Below are positions 1 through 7,070 of a stretch of DNA of 62,864 nucleotides, piece after piece. The translations under genes were made by a program, and so were the position numbers. The stretch's first letter is position 1, and each line of letters starts with the position of its first letter. A model generated the notes under the pieces. It was given only the letters and a program-made list of their open reading frames with translations. It made no database searches and had not been told where the DNA came from. This DNA comes from Candidatus Woesearchaeota archaeon (lineage in GTDB: Archaea > Nanobdellota > Nanobdellia > Woesearchaeales > GW2011-AR9), in contig JACPND010000019.1 of assembly GCA_016185625.1 (NCBI GenBank), forward strand, positions 1-62,864. Reading direction: 5' to 3'.

Positions 1-432
1 AAAGGAAGTAAACCAAGAATTCTTTCTACGGGTTCACACCGAAAAATTGTTTTTTACGGAGCTATTTCAGAAGATGGGAAACAGTGCTTCAGGAAATATC
101 CCGAAGCAGACAGTGATGGATTTCTTGAATATCTCCATGTCCTTCTCAGAAAGTTTCCAAAAATGATTCTATTTATGGACAAAGCGACGTGGCATAAAAA
201 AGAGGCAAGGGTTAAAAGATTTCTGAGAAAACATAAAGAGCAAATTATAGTTAAGTGGTTTCCATTGGGATTCCCTGAAGCAAATCCGATTGAAGAATGT
301 TGGAATCAAGGTAAAGATGATGTTCTTGGTTCAAAGTTCTTTGACTCATTTGAAGAATTTGAAAAAGCAGTAATAACTTATTATCGGACAAAGAGATTTA
401 AACTTGATTTGTATGAATATTTATGTTACTAG
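1..432 (+). CDS. IS630/Tc1-mariner family transposase, C-terminal DDE part (5' end outside window)
   Basis: Frame 1 is open from nt 1 (KGSKPRILSTGSHRKIVFYGAISEDGKQ...). Motifs FMDKATWHKK and ANPIEECWN fit the second D and the E of the IS630 DDE triad. Confidence 0.7.
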   Translation, partial: KGSKPRILSTGSHRKIVFYGAISEDGKQCFRKYPEADSDGFLEYLHVLLRKFPKMILFMDKATWHKKEARVKRFLRKHKEQIIVKWFPLGFPEANPIEECWNQGKDDVLGSKFFDSFEEFEKAVITYYRTKRFKLDLYEYLCY

Positions 433-572
433 CTATATATGGCCGCGGGGAATGGTGAGTAAGTTGTCTAAGCCAATGTTTTATTTTTATTCTCTCGGTT
501 CGTTTAAAAACATTATGAAACACCACTTCAACACCACAATTCATTTAAAGTTATTTTTATTTTCCTCAGTAC

Positions 573-1793
573 ATGAAATACGCCCACCTGGCAGACCTGC
601 ATCTCGGCTCATGGAGAGAAGATAAAATGCGCCAGCTCTCTACCCAGGCTTTTCTGCAAGCGATTGATGACTGCATTCAAAGAGATGTTGATTTCATCCT
701 CTTTTCCGGAGACATCTTCAACACTTCTCTCCCTTCACTGGACACGCTTAAGATCGTCACCAAAAAACTCAAAGAATTAAATAATGAAAATATCCCCCTC
801 TACGTCGTCGCCGGCTCGCACGACTTTTCTCCCAGCGGCAAGACCATGATTGACGTGCTGGAAAATGCCGGCTTGCTCAAAAATGTCTGCAAAGGAACAG
901 TTGATCCGGAAACGCAGCAGCTCCATCTCAATTTTACTCTCGATCAAAGAACCGGTGCAAAGATTACCGGTCTTCTTGGTAGAAAAGGCCTGCTCGATCG
1001 CACCTACTATCAAAATCTCGCTCTCGAATCACTGGAACAGGAGTCCGGCTACAAAATCTTTATGTTTCATACGACGTTAACGGAACTGAAGCCCAAGCAT
1101 CTTGAGATGATGGAAGCCCATCCTGTCTCCTTTCTGCCGAAACATTTTAACTATTATGCCGGAGGCCATATCCATCATAAGACGCTGGTGGAATTGCCGG
1201 AATATGGGCCATTGACGTACCCTGGTGCTTTATTCCCAAACAATTTTGCGGAAGTAGAAAAGTACAGCCATGGCGGATATTATCTCATTACCGTTGAGGA
1301 AAAACCGACTATCGAGTGGATTCCGGTCATCACTGCCCAGCACCTTCATTTAGGCTACGACTGCTCTCATAAATCGCCGGAAGTAGCGACCTTTGAAATT
1401 ACCAACCACTTCCTTAATCAGGACCTCACCAACACTATCATCACCCTCAGAATTCATGGAACGCTTGAGCATGGTCGAATCGCCGACATCAATTTTAAAG
1501 AGATCTTCAACAGATTATATGAGCAAGGCGCCTACTTTGTCATGAAAAATACGGCTGCGGTCCAATCTCTAGAATTTGAGGAAATTAAAATTGCCACGTC
1601 CTCTCCTGAAATGATGGAAGAAGAGATCATCAAAGAGCATTTACAACAGAGTACTCTCTTCGATAAGGAAACTGAAAGGCATCTGATTCATTCATTGCTG
1701 GCAGCGCTCAACACGATAAAAACCGAAGGTGAGACTGTCAAAGATTTTCAGGATCGGGTCACCAGCGAGACCAGGAAGTTATTGGCGCAGTAG
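573..1793 (+). CDS. mre11: Mre11-type DNA repair nuclease (calcineurin-like metallophosphoesterase)
   Basis: Ordered motifs DLHLG, SGDIFN, AGSHD, FHTT, GGHIHH. TATA-like CATTTAAAG lies about 30 nt upstream of the ATG. Confidence 0.85.
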   Translation: MKYAHLADLHLGSWREDKMRQLSTQAFLQAIDDCIQRDVDFILFSGDIFNTSLPSLDTLKIVTKKLKELNNENIPLYVVAGSHDFSPSGKTMIDVLENAGLLKNVCKGTVDPETQQLHLNFTLDQRTGAKITGLLGRKGLLDRTYYQNLALESLEQESGYKIFMFHTTLTELKPKHLEMMEAHPVSFLPKHFNYYAGGHIHHKTLVELPEYGPLTYPGALFPNNFAEVEKYSHGGYYLITVEEKPTIEWIPVITAQHLHLGYDCSHKSPEVATFEITNHFLNQDLTNTIITLRIHGTLEHGRIADINFKEIFNRLYEQGAYFVMKNTAAVQSLEFEEIKIATSSPEMMEEEIIKEHLQQSTLFDKETERHLIHSLLAALNTIKTEGETVKDFQDRVTSETRKLLAQ

Positions 1794-1844
1794 GATGTTA
1801 ATTATTCTTGACCGGTGTCAAATTATTTTAACATAAAAAGAAAA

Positions 1845-1982
1845 CGCCAGCGCTCGGACATTCTCACTGGCGTTCGAAGCATTGTCGCTTCAGGCGCCAA
1901 TATTTGAACCGAGAATCCCAGAGGGAGCAGTTCTCTAGATGAGTTTCGAGACTGCCGCAATACCGGATTATGCGACGCTGGC
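1845..1982 (-). tRNA. tRNA-Ser(CGA) with a 12-nt anticodon-loop intron and a 44-nt T-loop intron
   Basis: Acceptor GCCAGCG/CGCTGGC. Anticodon stem GCAGT/ACTGC, loop CTCGAA..A. Long variable arm TCCC-TCT-GGGA. T stem CTCGG/CCGAG; T loop TTCAAAT followed by an insert at fwd 1858-1901. No encoded CCA. The 5' end could instead be the upstream repeat at 2035. Confidence 0.75.
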
Positions 1983-2059
1983 TTTTAGCCGAGTCGCGCC
2001 CAAAGGACGTATTCCTTGGAGGATGCGACGCTGGCGTGAATTTGCTACTGGCTTGTTTC

Positions 2060-2067
2060 TTTATAAA
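2060..2067 (-). promoter_or_regulatory. TATA box (TTTATAAA) 32 nt upstream of the upstream copy of the tRNA-Ser(CGA) 5' end
   Basis: Same 30-32 nt spacing as at the other tRNA genes in the window. Confidence 0.55.
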
Positions 2068-2081
2068 AATATCCACAATTT

Positions 2082-2267
2082 GTATGTATTGAGTTAAGTC
2101 TGCCTGCTAGGCCAAGAAGTTAGCTGAGAACCACATTTGTTAATGAGGATTAGTTGGTGCTTTCTTTGAAACAAAAAAGCCATTTTTGGACAAGAAATCT
2201 AGCGAGAAAAGCACGAAGCTAACGGCCAGCAGGCAGACTTAATACATACCCTCCTTTTTAATACATA
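2082..2267. mobile_element. MITE-like hairpin element (GGCC-bulge family) with 9-bp target-site duplication
   Basis: Flanked by CCACAATTT at 2073-2081 and 2268-2276. Termini GTATGTATT / AATACATA. Long stem ..TTAAGTCTGCCTGCT-A-GGCC / GGCC-AGCAGGCAGACTTAA.. Confidence 0.7.
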
Positions 2268-2316
2268 CCACAATTTATTTAAAGAATGAAGATATCCGAA
2301 AGCAGAGGTGAAATTT

Positions 2317-2508
2317 ATGGCATCAAGAAGCGTTTCGGTTGTGTCCGGAGTAGTATTTGCCATTATTGCCCTACTCCATCTGTTGAGGTTGATTTTCAGC
2401 TGGCCGGCTCAGATCGCCGGTTGGCAAGTTCCGGCATGGCTGAGTGTTGTGGGAGTGATAGTCGCAGTAGCATTGGCCTGGGGGAATCTTAAGTCTCCAG
2501 CAGCATAA
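2317..2508 (+). CDS. small two-helix membrane protein
   Basis: Hydrophobic 63-aa product (VVSGVVFAIIALLHLL..., WLSVVGVIVAVALAW). AGAGGTGA lies 7 nt before the ATG; TATA-like TTATTTAAAG is upstream. Confidence 0.45.
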   Translation: MASRSVSVVSGVVFAIIALLHLLRLIFSWPAQIAGWQVPAWLSVVGVIVAVALAWGNLKSPAA

Positions 2509-2538
2509 AGTATTTATACTCCTTTATTCTTTTTTGTC

Positions 2539-3027
2539 ATGATGGTAAGAAAGCCTTTGTTTACTTCGGAAACCTTGGAAGCCATTATCATTCCCGTCGA
2601 TATGTTTGGTCAGGAATCTCCAGTAGATGAGTGGACGTACAGGGCTGTGGCAGGAAAGTCTGTCGAGGCTGTAGATTAAATTGCGCGCCAGTCTTTTCCA
2701 AATGCAGAAAGAATAGGTGAATCTCCTGAATCAGACTCAGCTTTCTATAACCTTCGGGGGATTGACACGGCTATTCATTATATTTGGGGTTACCCTTTCC
2801 AACGGCCATTTATACACCTCCTTAGAGGATCAATGGAAAACATGCATCAGTTTTATTACGGAACATTCCAAGTTGTGACAACCGGACCGCTGAATCGCGA
2901 CTTTGTTGGAGGGTTGCTCTATCGGCTTATTGGCAGCACCGATAGCCCCTTTGCTTTGTTTGAAGATACCGATAGCAGTTATGCAGTCAAATACGATGGA
3001 AAAAGGCCTGAAGAATGGTTTGAATAA
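2539..3027 (+). pseudogene. 162-codon reading frame interrupted by one in-frame TAA (2677-2679)
   Basis: ATG 2539 and the track ORF 2833..3027 are in the same frame. The only stop between them is the TAA at 2677. Confidence 0.35.
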
Positions 3028-3254
3028 CTATCCAATTTGTCAAACCATTCTAAGAAGAACTTTGAATTTTAATACAAAATAGGGATTATTCAAAGTTCTC
3101 TGAACTTAAAGTCAACAACAGCCGTCTTTTACCAGGACAGTTCATGGGATCTTCTCTAGCCCAGCGAATCTGCAGGCGGGAAGACGGCATTTTTCGAGAA
3201 GTTACATACGATTCAATGAGAAGAATAGCATAAAAAAGAGAATAAAAAAAGAAT

Positions 3255-3482
3255 TTATCTCTTCTTTTTCATTTCCATCATTTCTGTTCCACAGTGTCCG
3301 CAGGTAGGCATCACTAACTTGATGAAGCCGCCAAGAACCATCAGCACTGCCACATACGCAACCCAGCCGTCAATACCTAGCCACAATGGCCAGACAAACG
3401 CATTCAGAAGTAACAAAGCTCCTACCACCAGCTTCATTACGCCGTGGCATTTTCCACACATTCCATGATAACACATTCCCAT
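3255..3482 (-). CDS. small Cys/His-rich membrane protein
   Basis: CGKCHG and CGHCG motifs flank two hydrophobic helices. GAGGTGA lies just upstream of the ATG. Confidence 0.5.
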   Translation of the reverse strand: MGMCYHGMCGKCHGVMKLVVGALLLLNAFVWPLWLGIDGWVAYVAVLMVLGGFIKLVMPTCGHCGTEMMEMKKKR

Positions 3483-3538
3483 AGTATCACCTCAATGGTT
3501 ATTTTAGGATAGGAATGTTTCACAGTATAAAAAGGTTA

Positions 3539-3627
3539 TGGACGCGTCGGGATTCGAACCCGAGGCCCCAACGTTGCGAACGTTGTGCTCTATTGCCCGT
3601 TTTCACTCCAGGCTGAGCTACGCGCCC
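3539..3627 (-). tRNA. tRNA-Ala(CGC) with about 15-nt D-loop insertion
   Basis: Acceptor GGGCGCG/CGCGTCC with the G3:U70 Ala identity pair. D arm GCTC-AGCCTGGA[GTGAAAACGGGCAAT]A-GAGC. Anticodon arm CAACG-TTCGCAA-CGTTG. T arm TCGGG-TTCGAAT-CCCGA. Discriminator A. Confidence 0.85.
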
Positions 3628-3649
3628 ATGGAAGCAAAAGAGGGCGTTT

Positions 3650-3657
3650 ATTTTTAA
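3650..3657 (-). promoter_or_regulatory. TATA box (TTAAAAAT) 30 nt upstream of tRNA-Ala +1
   Basis: Position and AT-rich octamer. Confidence 0.5.
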
Positions 3658-3720
3658 GATTGTCGCTTTAAAGAATTTCTGAAACAAAAGTAATTAATAG
3701 CTCTTCAGTACATATGGTGT

Positions 3721-3837
3721 ATGGCCGTTATCTGCGAGAACTGTCGGAATCTCATGGAGCACATCAAACAGAAATACATCTGTCCCAACTGTCATCACAT
3801 TAAGCCCTGTTGTGAAGGAGAGATTTGTAATGAGTAA
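3721..3837 (+). CDS. 38-aa zinc-ribbon peptide (MAVICENCRNLMEHIKQKYICPNCHHIKPCCEGEICNE)
   Basis: Two CxxC pairs. Below the ORF-track length cutoff. Ends 2 nt before the tRNA-Gly 3' end. Confidence 0.35.
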   Translation: MAVICENCRNLMEHIKQKYICPNCHHIKPCCEGEICNE

Positions 3838-3839
3838 AA

Positions 3840-3994
3840 TACGGCTGCCGGGACTTTCCGTAGTAACCTTTGTTCCAAGGTCGTGGGGTCGAATGCAGTG
3901 AGTGCCCCACTTGAGTAACTTGCATAGGTTACTTGCAATTGAACCCGGACTACAAGCTTGGGAAGCTCGTGTCATGCCGTTAGACCACAGCCGT
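3840..3994 (-). tRNA. tRNA-Gly(CCC) with 84-nt T-loop intron
   Basis: Acceptor ACGGCTG/CAGCCGT. D arm GTC-TAACGGCAT-GAC. Anticodon arm CGAGC-TTCCCAA-GCTTG. T stem CCGGG (fwd 3944-3948) and CCCGG (3848-3852) are separated by T loop TTCAATT plus an insert at 3853-3936. Confidence 0.7.
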
Positions 3995-4017
3995 ATGAAC
4001 GTAAATATACCTTGTGT

Positions 4018-4056
4018 GAGTTTATAATACTAGTGAGCTTGAGCGAAGCGAAACTC
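4018..4056. mobile_element. 39-nt mini palindromic element flanked by ACCTTGTGT / ACCTTGGTGT
   Basis: Termini GAGTTT...AAACTC. Imperfect 9/10-nt direct repeats at 4009-4017 and 4057-4066. Confidence 0.45.
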
Positions 4057-4062
4057 ACCTTG

Positions 4063-4096
4063 GTGTCAATGGACGAAACCATTGGACTACAGCCGT
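4063..4096 (-). pseudogene. tRNA-Gly-like 5' fragment (acceptor 5' strand plus D arm) about 100 nt upstream of tRNA-Gly(CCC)
   Basis: ACGGCTGTAGTCCAATGG[TTTCGTC]CATTGACAC versus the gene's ACGGCTGTGGTCTAACGGCATGACAC. No matching anticodon or T arm follows. Confidence 0.45.
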
Positions 4097-4120
4097 ATGA
4101 GCCATTTGGAAGTCTATTTT

Positions 4121-4128
4121 TATTTAAA
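4121..4128 (-). promoter_or_regulatory. TATA box (TTTAAATA) 32 nt upstream of the tRNA-Gly-like 5' fragment
   Basis: Spacing identical to the other tRNA promoters. Confidence 0.5.
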
Positions 4129-4136
4129 GATTACGG

Positions 4137-4296
4137 GTATTTGTTTAGCAATCAGCGGTCGCCCTGCTCGCCCCGCTCCTGCGTGTATCACTTGATGAAA
4201 CGAGAAAAGTGTTTCCAGAAGAGCAGGTAACTTAACTTCGTACAAGCAAAAGTTCAGCTCACAGGGCATCTTGACCGCGCCGAGCTAAACAGATAC
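4137..4296. mobile_element. MITE-like hairpin element with 8-bp target-site duplication
   Basis: GATTACGG (4129-4136) / GATTACAG (4297-4304). Termini GTATTTGTTTAGC / GCTAAACAGATAC. The internal core is shared with 53995..54149. Confidence 0.65.
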
Positions 4297-4357
4297 GATT
4301 ACAGTATTCTATTTTTCATCGAAAGCTTTAAGAATCATACGTATTTATACGTATAAA

Positions 4358-4690
4358 ATGTTAAACAAGAAAGACCTCCTGGCGCTCAACCAGCAGTTCA
4401 GCCATGGCCGAATAGTTAATCCCAGTAGTTTGGACTTTGTGCTCAGCCAAACACATCATTCCCGTGACTGGTTCAAAGCCATGTGTTTGTTGGCGCGAGC
4501 CATCCTTGTCGATCACGTCTTTGAGGATGGCAACAAACGCACTGCGGCGGCGGTCATAATGTTGTATCTGAATGTGAATGGACAGAGTTTCAATGCCGAC
4601 AACATTGCGAAAATAGTACTTCAAATTTCCAAAAAAAATATCAAAAACATCAATACGATAGGGAGGTTGATCAACCATGGCGCCGCGTAA
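4358..4690 (+). CDS. doc: Doc/Fic-family toxin
   Basis: Fic/Doc motif HVFEDGNKRTA. 110 aa. Confidence 0.85.
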   Translation: MLNKKDLLALNQQFSHGRIVNPSSLDFVLSQTHHSRDWFKAMCLLARAILVDHVFEDGNKRTAAAVIMLYLNVNGQSFNADNIAKIVLQISKKNIKNINTIGRLINHGAA

Positions 4691-4919
4691 ATATCTCAAA
4701 TATGCTTTAAACATCATCAAAGAACATCCTCAGGTATTTGAGGCTCTTGCTGAATACGATCGAACGGGAAAATTACCGAAGACAATCTATCGGGAGCGTT
4801 TGAACATCACCATCGACAACACTCTCTTGCGCAAATTCAAGCAATACGCTCGCGAGCGCGGATTGAATATGTCCCGGGTCATTGAAAAGCATATCAAAGA
4901 AGAGATGGGATTGAAATAG
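4677..4919 (+). CDS. ribbon-helix-helix (CopG-like) putative antitoxin
   Basis: C-terminal RLNITIDNTLLRKFKQYARERGLNMSRVIEKHI fits an RHH fold pattern. Overlaps the doc stop by 14 nt. Confidence 0.55.
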   Translation: MAPRKYLKYALNIIKEHPQVFEALAEYDRTGKLPKTIYRERLNITIDNTLLRKFKQYARERGLNMSRVIEKHIKEEMGLK

Positions 4920-4937
4920 ATGATTCCCTTCAAAACC

Positions 4938-4945
4938 TATAAAAA
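4938..4945 (+). promoter_or_regulatory. TATA box (TATAAAAA) 30 nt upstream of tRNA-Arg +1
   Basis: Position and sequence. Confidence 0.5.
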
Positions 4946-4967
4946 TAAGCTTCATTCTTTTCCCTTT

Positions 4968-5102
4968 GGCCCAGTCGCCTAACCTGGATTTACGATAAGG
5001 GTATATAGGGCAGCAGCGTCCTACTCAGAAGGGTAGAGCTGTTTGTTGGGGGTTCAAATGCACGTAACCGCTGGTTGCGGTGTGAAAGTCCCCTCTGGGC
5101 CG
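4968..5102 (+). tRNA. tRNA-Arg(CCT) with three insertions (D loop, anticodon loop, T loop)
   Basis: Acceptor GGCCCAG/CTGGGCC. D stem GCCT/GGGC with a 27-nt loop. Anticodon stem GCAGC/GCTGT, loop GTCCTA[13 nt]A. T stem GGGGG/CCCCT; T loop TTCAAAT followed by a 30-nt insert at 5060-5089. Confidence 0.7.
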
Positions 5103-5136
5103 TTTTATAGTATATTAATCAAACATTACATAAACC

Positions 5137-5502
5137 ATGAATCGCATATCTCTGGATGAGTTCCTGGAAAAAAATACTGTTCCCGTCCGTGTACATGAAA
5201 GTTCTGCTCCTGTAACTATAGGGAACATTACTTTTGCTCCCGGCTTGCAGATTGATCTGATGGCTTTATGTGGTCAGGGCTATTTTTTAGAAGAACAAAA
5301 TCTTCCTGACGCCATCGAGGAAATAACGTACGCCTACTTACTGAATACAGACGAAAGCAGGACTGGGTATCACCTAATCTCCACCGGACCACCTCCAGAA
5401 TACGTGCTAGAGGATGACGGAATTAGTGAAAGATTCCAACGTCATATAGCCAAAAGAGGCGGATTGGAATTGTTTGGCAAATTTTACTGGAGAAAAAGGT
5501 AA
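5137..5502 (+). CDS. hypothetical protein
   Basis: 121-aa ORF with TATA-like TTTTATAG about 30 nt upstream. No recognisable motif. Confidence 0.45.
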   Translation: MNRISLDEFLEKNTVPVRVHESSAPVTIGNITFAPGLQIDLMALCGQGYFLEEQNLPDAIEEITYAYLLNTDESRTGYHLISTGPPPEYVLEDDGISERFQRHIAKRGGLELFGKFYWRKR

Positions 5503-5556
5503 AACACCTAGTCCACCCCACAAAACTATTTAAATTACTTTCTATTTTCTGCGCTC

Positions 5557-6636
5557 ATGACCTCTCCCCTCCACTACCTGACGCAGGGAACCAGAATTCT
5601 CGCCAGCAGCCTGAAAAGCAGAATCGCGCCCAAGCACTATTTCGGCGATGCCGACACCATCTGCAAAGAAGTCGTCAGCGACTGCTGGAACGGAAAGTAT
5701 TTTCAGACCTCGACAACCAACTTCCCGCAGTTCTGGACGCGCGATTTCGGCTGGTGCACTCAATCATTGATGAAACTCGGCCATGAAGAAAAAGTCCATC
5801 ATACTTTACGTTTTGCTTTAAACAATTTCCAGCAGCATCATGCCATCACCACCACCCAGACGCCAGGAGGAAAACCATTTGACTTTCCCACCTTTGCGGT
5901 GGATTCTCTGCCTTGGTTGATCCACAGCATCAAGATATCTAAATTCCCTTATTACATTTATAAAGATTTCCTCAACCAGCAGATTCAAATCTATCATAAA
6001 AAATTCATTCGGCCGGCGACGGGATTGGTGGATCCCGATTTGCATTTCTCCTCCATTAAAGACTTTGCGGTGAGAAAAAGTTCCTGTTACGATAACTGCA
6101 TGGCCGGATTGTTAGCCCACGATTTGCAGGAGATGAAACTCATCAATCCGTTCAAGCATGATCCAGAAAAAATCCTGATGAAGTATTTCTGGAATGGAAA
6201 CTATTTTTATGATGATCTGCACAAAAAGGAGTACGTCGCCGGAGATGCTAATCTATTCCCTTTTGTCTCCGGAATAATAAGAGATGCTGTTATGGTCAAA
6301 TCTTCTTTTGCCCAGATACAGGCGGCAGGATTGGATCAGCCCTTCCCTTTAAAATACACGGCCATCCGGCAGCAGATTAATTTCATCCCTCAGGAAATTC
6401 TCATGCACAATTACGAGAGCAACGCCATCTGGACGCATCTGGGACTATTCTACATCAAACTCCTAAAGCAAATAGATTCAAAAAAAGCAGCAGAGCATAA
6501 AGAACAATATCGTCAATTAATCGAAAAACACCAGAATTTCCTGGAAGTATTTACCGCTGACGGCCAGCCCTATAGCAGTCCATTCTATGTCTGCGATCGC
6601 GGGATGTTGTGGGCGGCGAATTATGTCACGCTGTGA
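5557..6636 (+). CDS. putative (alpha/alpha)6 six-hairpin glycoside hydrolase-like protein
   Basis: FPQFWTRDFGW resembles the WxRD motif of GH63/GDE-type glycosidases. 359 aa. TATA CTATTTAAAT is upstream. Confidence 0.4.
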   Translation: MTSPLHYLTQGTRILASSLKSRIAPKHYFGDADTICKEVVSDCWNGKYFQTSTTNFPQFWTRDFGWCTQSLMKLGHEEKVHHTLRFALNNFQQHHAITTTQTPGGKPFDFPTFAVDSLPWLIHSIKISKFPYYIYKDFLNQQIQIYHKKFIRPATGLVDPDLHFSSIKDFAVRKSSCYDNCMAGLLAHDLQEMKLINPFKHDPEKILMKYFWNGNYFYDDLHKKEYVAGDANLFPFVSGIIRDAVMVKSSFAQIQAAGLDQPFPLKYTAIRQQINFIPQEILMHNYESNAIWTHLGLFYIKLLKQIDSKKAAEHKEQYRQLIEKHQNFLEVFTADGQPYSSPFYVCDRGMLWAANYVTL

Positions 6637-6654
6637 TAATTGTTCTGATTGTGG

Positions 6655-6819
6655 GTAATACTTCAGCATCCTGAAGTGAAGCGTTACCGTCTTCTCGCCT
6701 CTGGATGTTTTTATCGAGGACAGACATCTCCGTAAGAGACAACCCTCTTGTCGGCTTGAGGTATTTATCGAGAAAGCTCGACCTTATGACGGTGGTGCTT
6801 CATATTACTGAAGTATTAC
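6655..6819. repeat. MITE-like element, GTAATACTTCAGC family (short copy)
   Basis: 13-nt terminal inverted repeats GTAATACTTCAGC / (G)CTGAAGTATTAC. Shares the internal block ACCCTCTTGTCGGCTTGAnGTAT with 43187..43534. Flanking duplication not clear. Confidence 0.6.
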
Positions 6820-6833
6820 AATGTGTCGAAACA

Positions 6834-6841
6834 TTTAAAAA
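6834..6841 (+). promoter_or_regulatory. TATA box (TTTAAAAA) 32 nt upstream of tRNA-Ser(GCT) +1
   Basis: Position and sequence. Confidence 0.5.
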
Positions 6842-6865
6842 ACATCATTCTTCTTACCGATTTAT

Positions 6866-7046
6866 GCCACGGTGGCACAACCCGGTACTGCGCAGGATTG
6901 CTAGATGCGCTGGTTGATGTGGAATATTTCCAAAGATGAAAACCAGTTCCGCGCAGAGATTCTGTCCCGTAAGGGATTCCCGGTTCAAATATTGGCGCCT
7001 GAGCGACAATGCTTCGAACGCCAGTGAGAATGTCCGGGCCGTGGCG
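6866..7046 (+). tRNA. tRNA-Ser(GCT) with about 55-nt anticodon-loop intron and 43-nt T-loop intron
   Basis: Acceptor GCCACGG/CCGTGGC. Anticodon stem CAGGA/TTCTG, loop TTGCTA..A. Variable arm TCCC-GTAA-GGGA. T stem CCCGG/CCGGG; T loop TTCAAAT followed by an insert at 6991-7033. Discriminator G. Confidence 0.75.
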
Positions 7047-7070
7047 CTTTTTTAAGAATCAACGCAGAAC

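Noticed and set aside
1864-2076. 70-aa minus-strand ORF from the track.
   Set aside because: It lies entirely on tRNA-Ser(CGA), its T-loop intron and the duplicated 5' segment. The RNA-gene explanation is much stronger.
2082-2267. Interpretation of the hairpin elements as integron attC sites marking gene cassettes.
   Set aside because: GTTAAGT/ACTTAAT-like cores occur, but in the wrong order (GTTRRRY first). Several elements have 8-9-bp target duplications typical of transposition, no intI-like gene is present, and the elements do not regularly follow ORFs.
3694-4230. Track ORFs 3694..3975 (-) and 3958..4230 (+).
   Set aside because: They cover tRNA-Gly(CCC), its 84-nt intron, the tRNA-like fragment and two palindromic elements. 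They have no coding features.
6705-6917. 70-aa plus-strand ORF.
   Set aside because: It spans the MITE 6655-6819 and the 5' part of tRNA-Ser(GCT).
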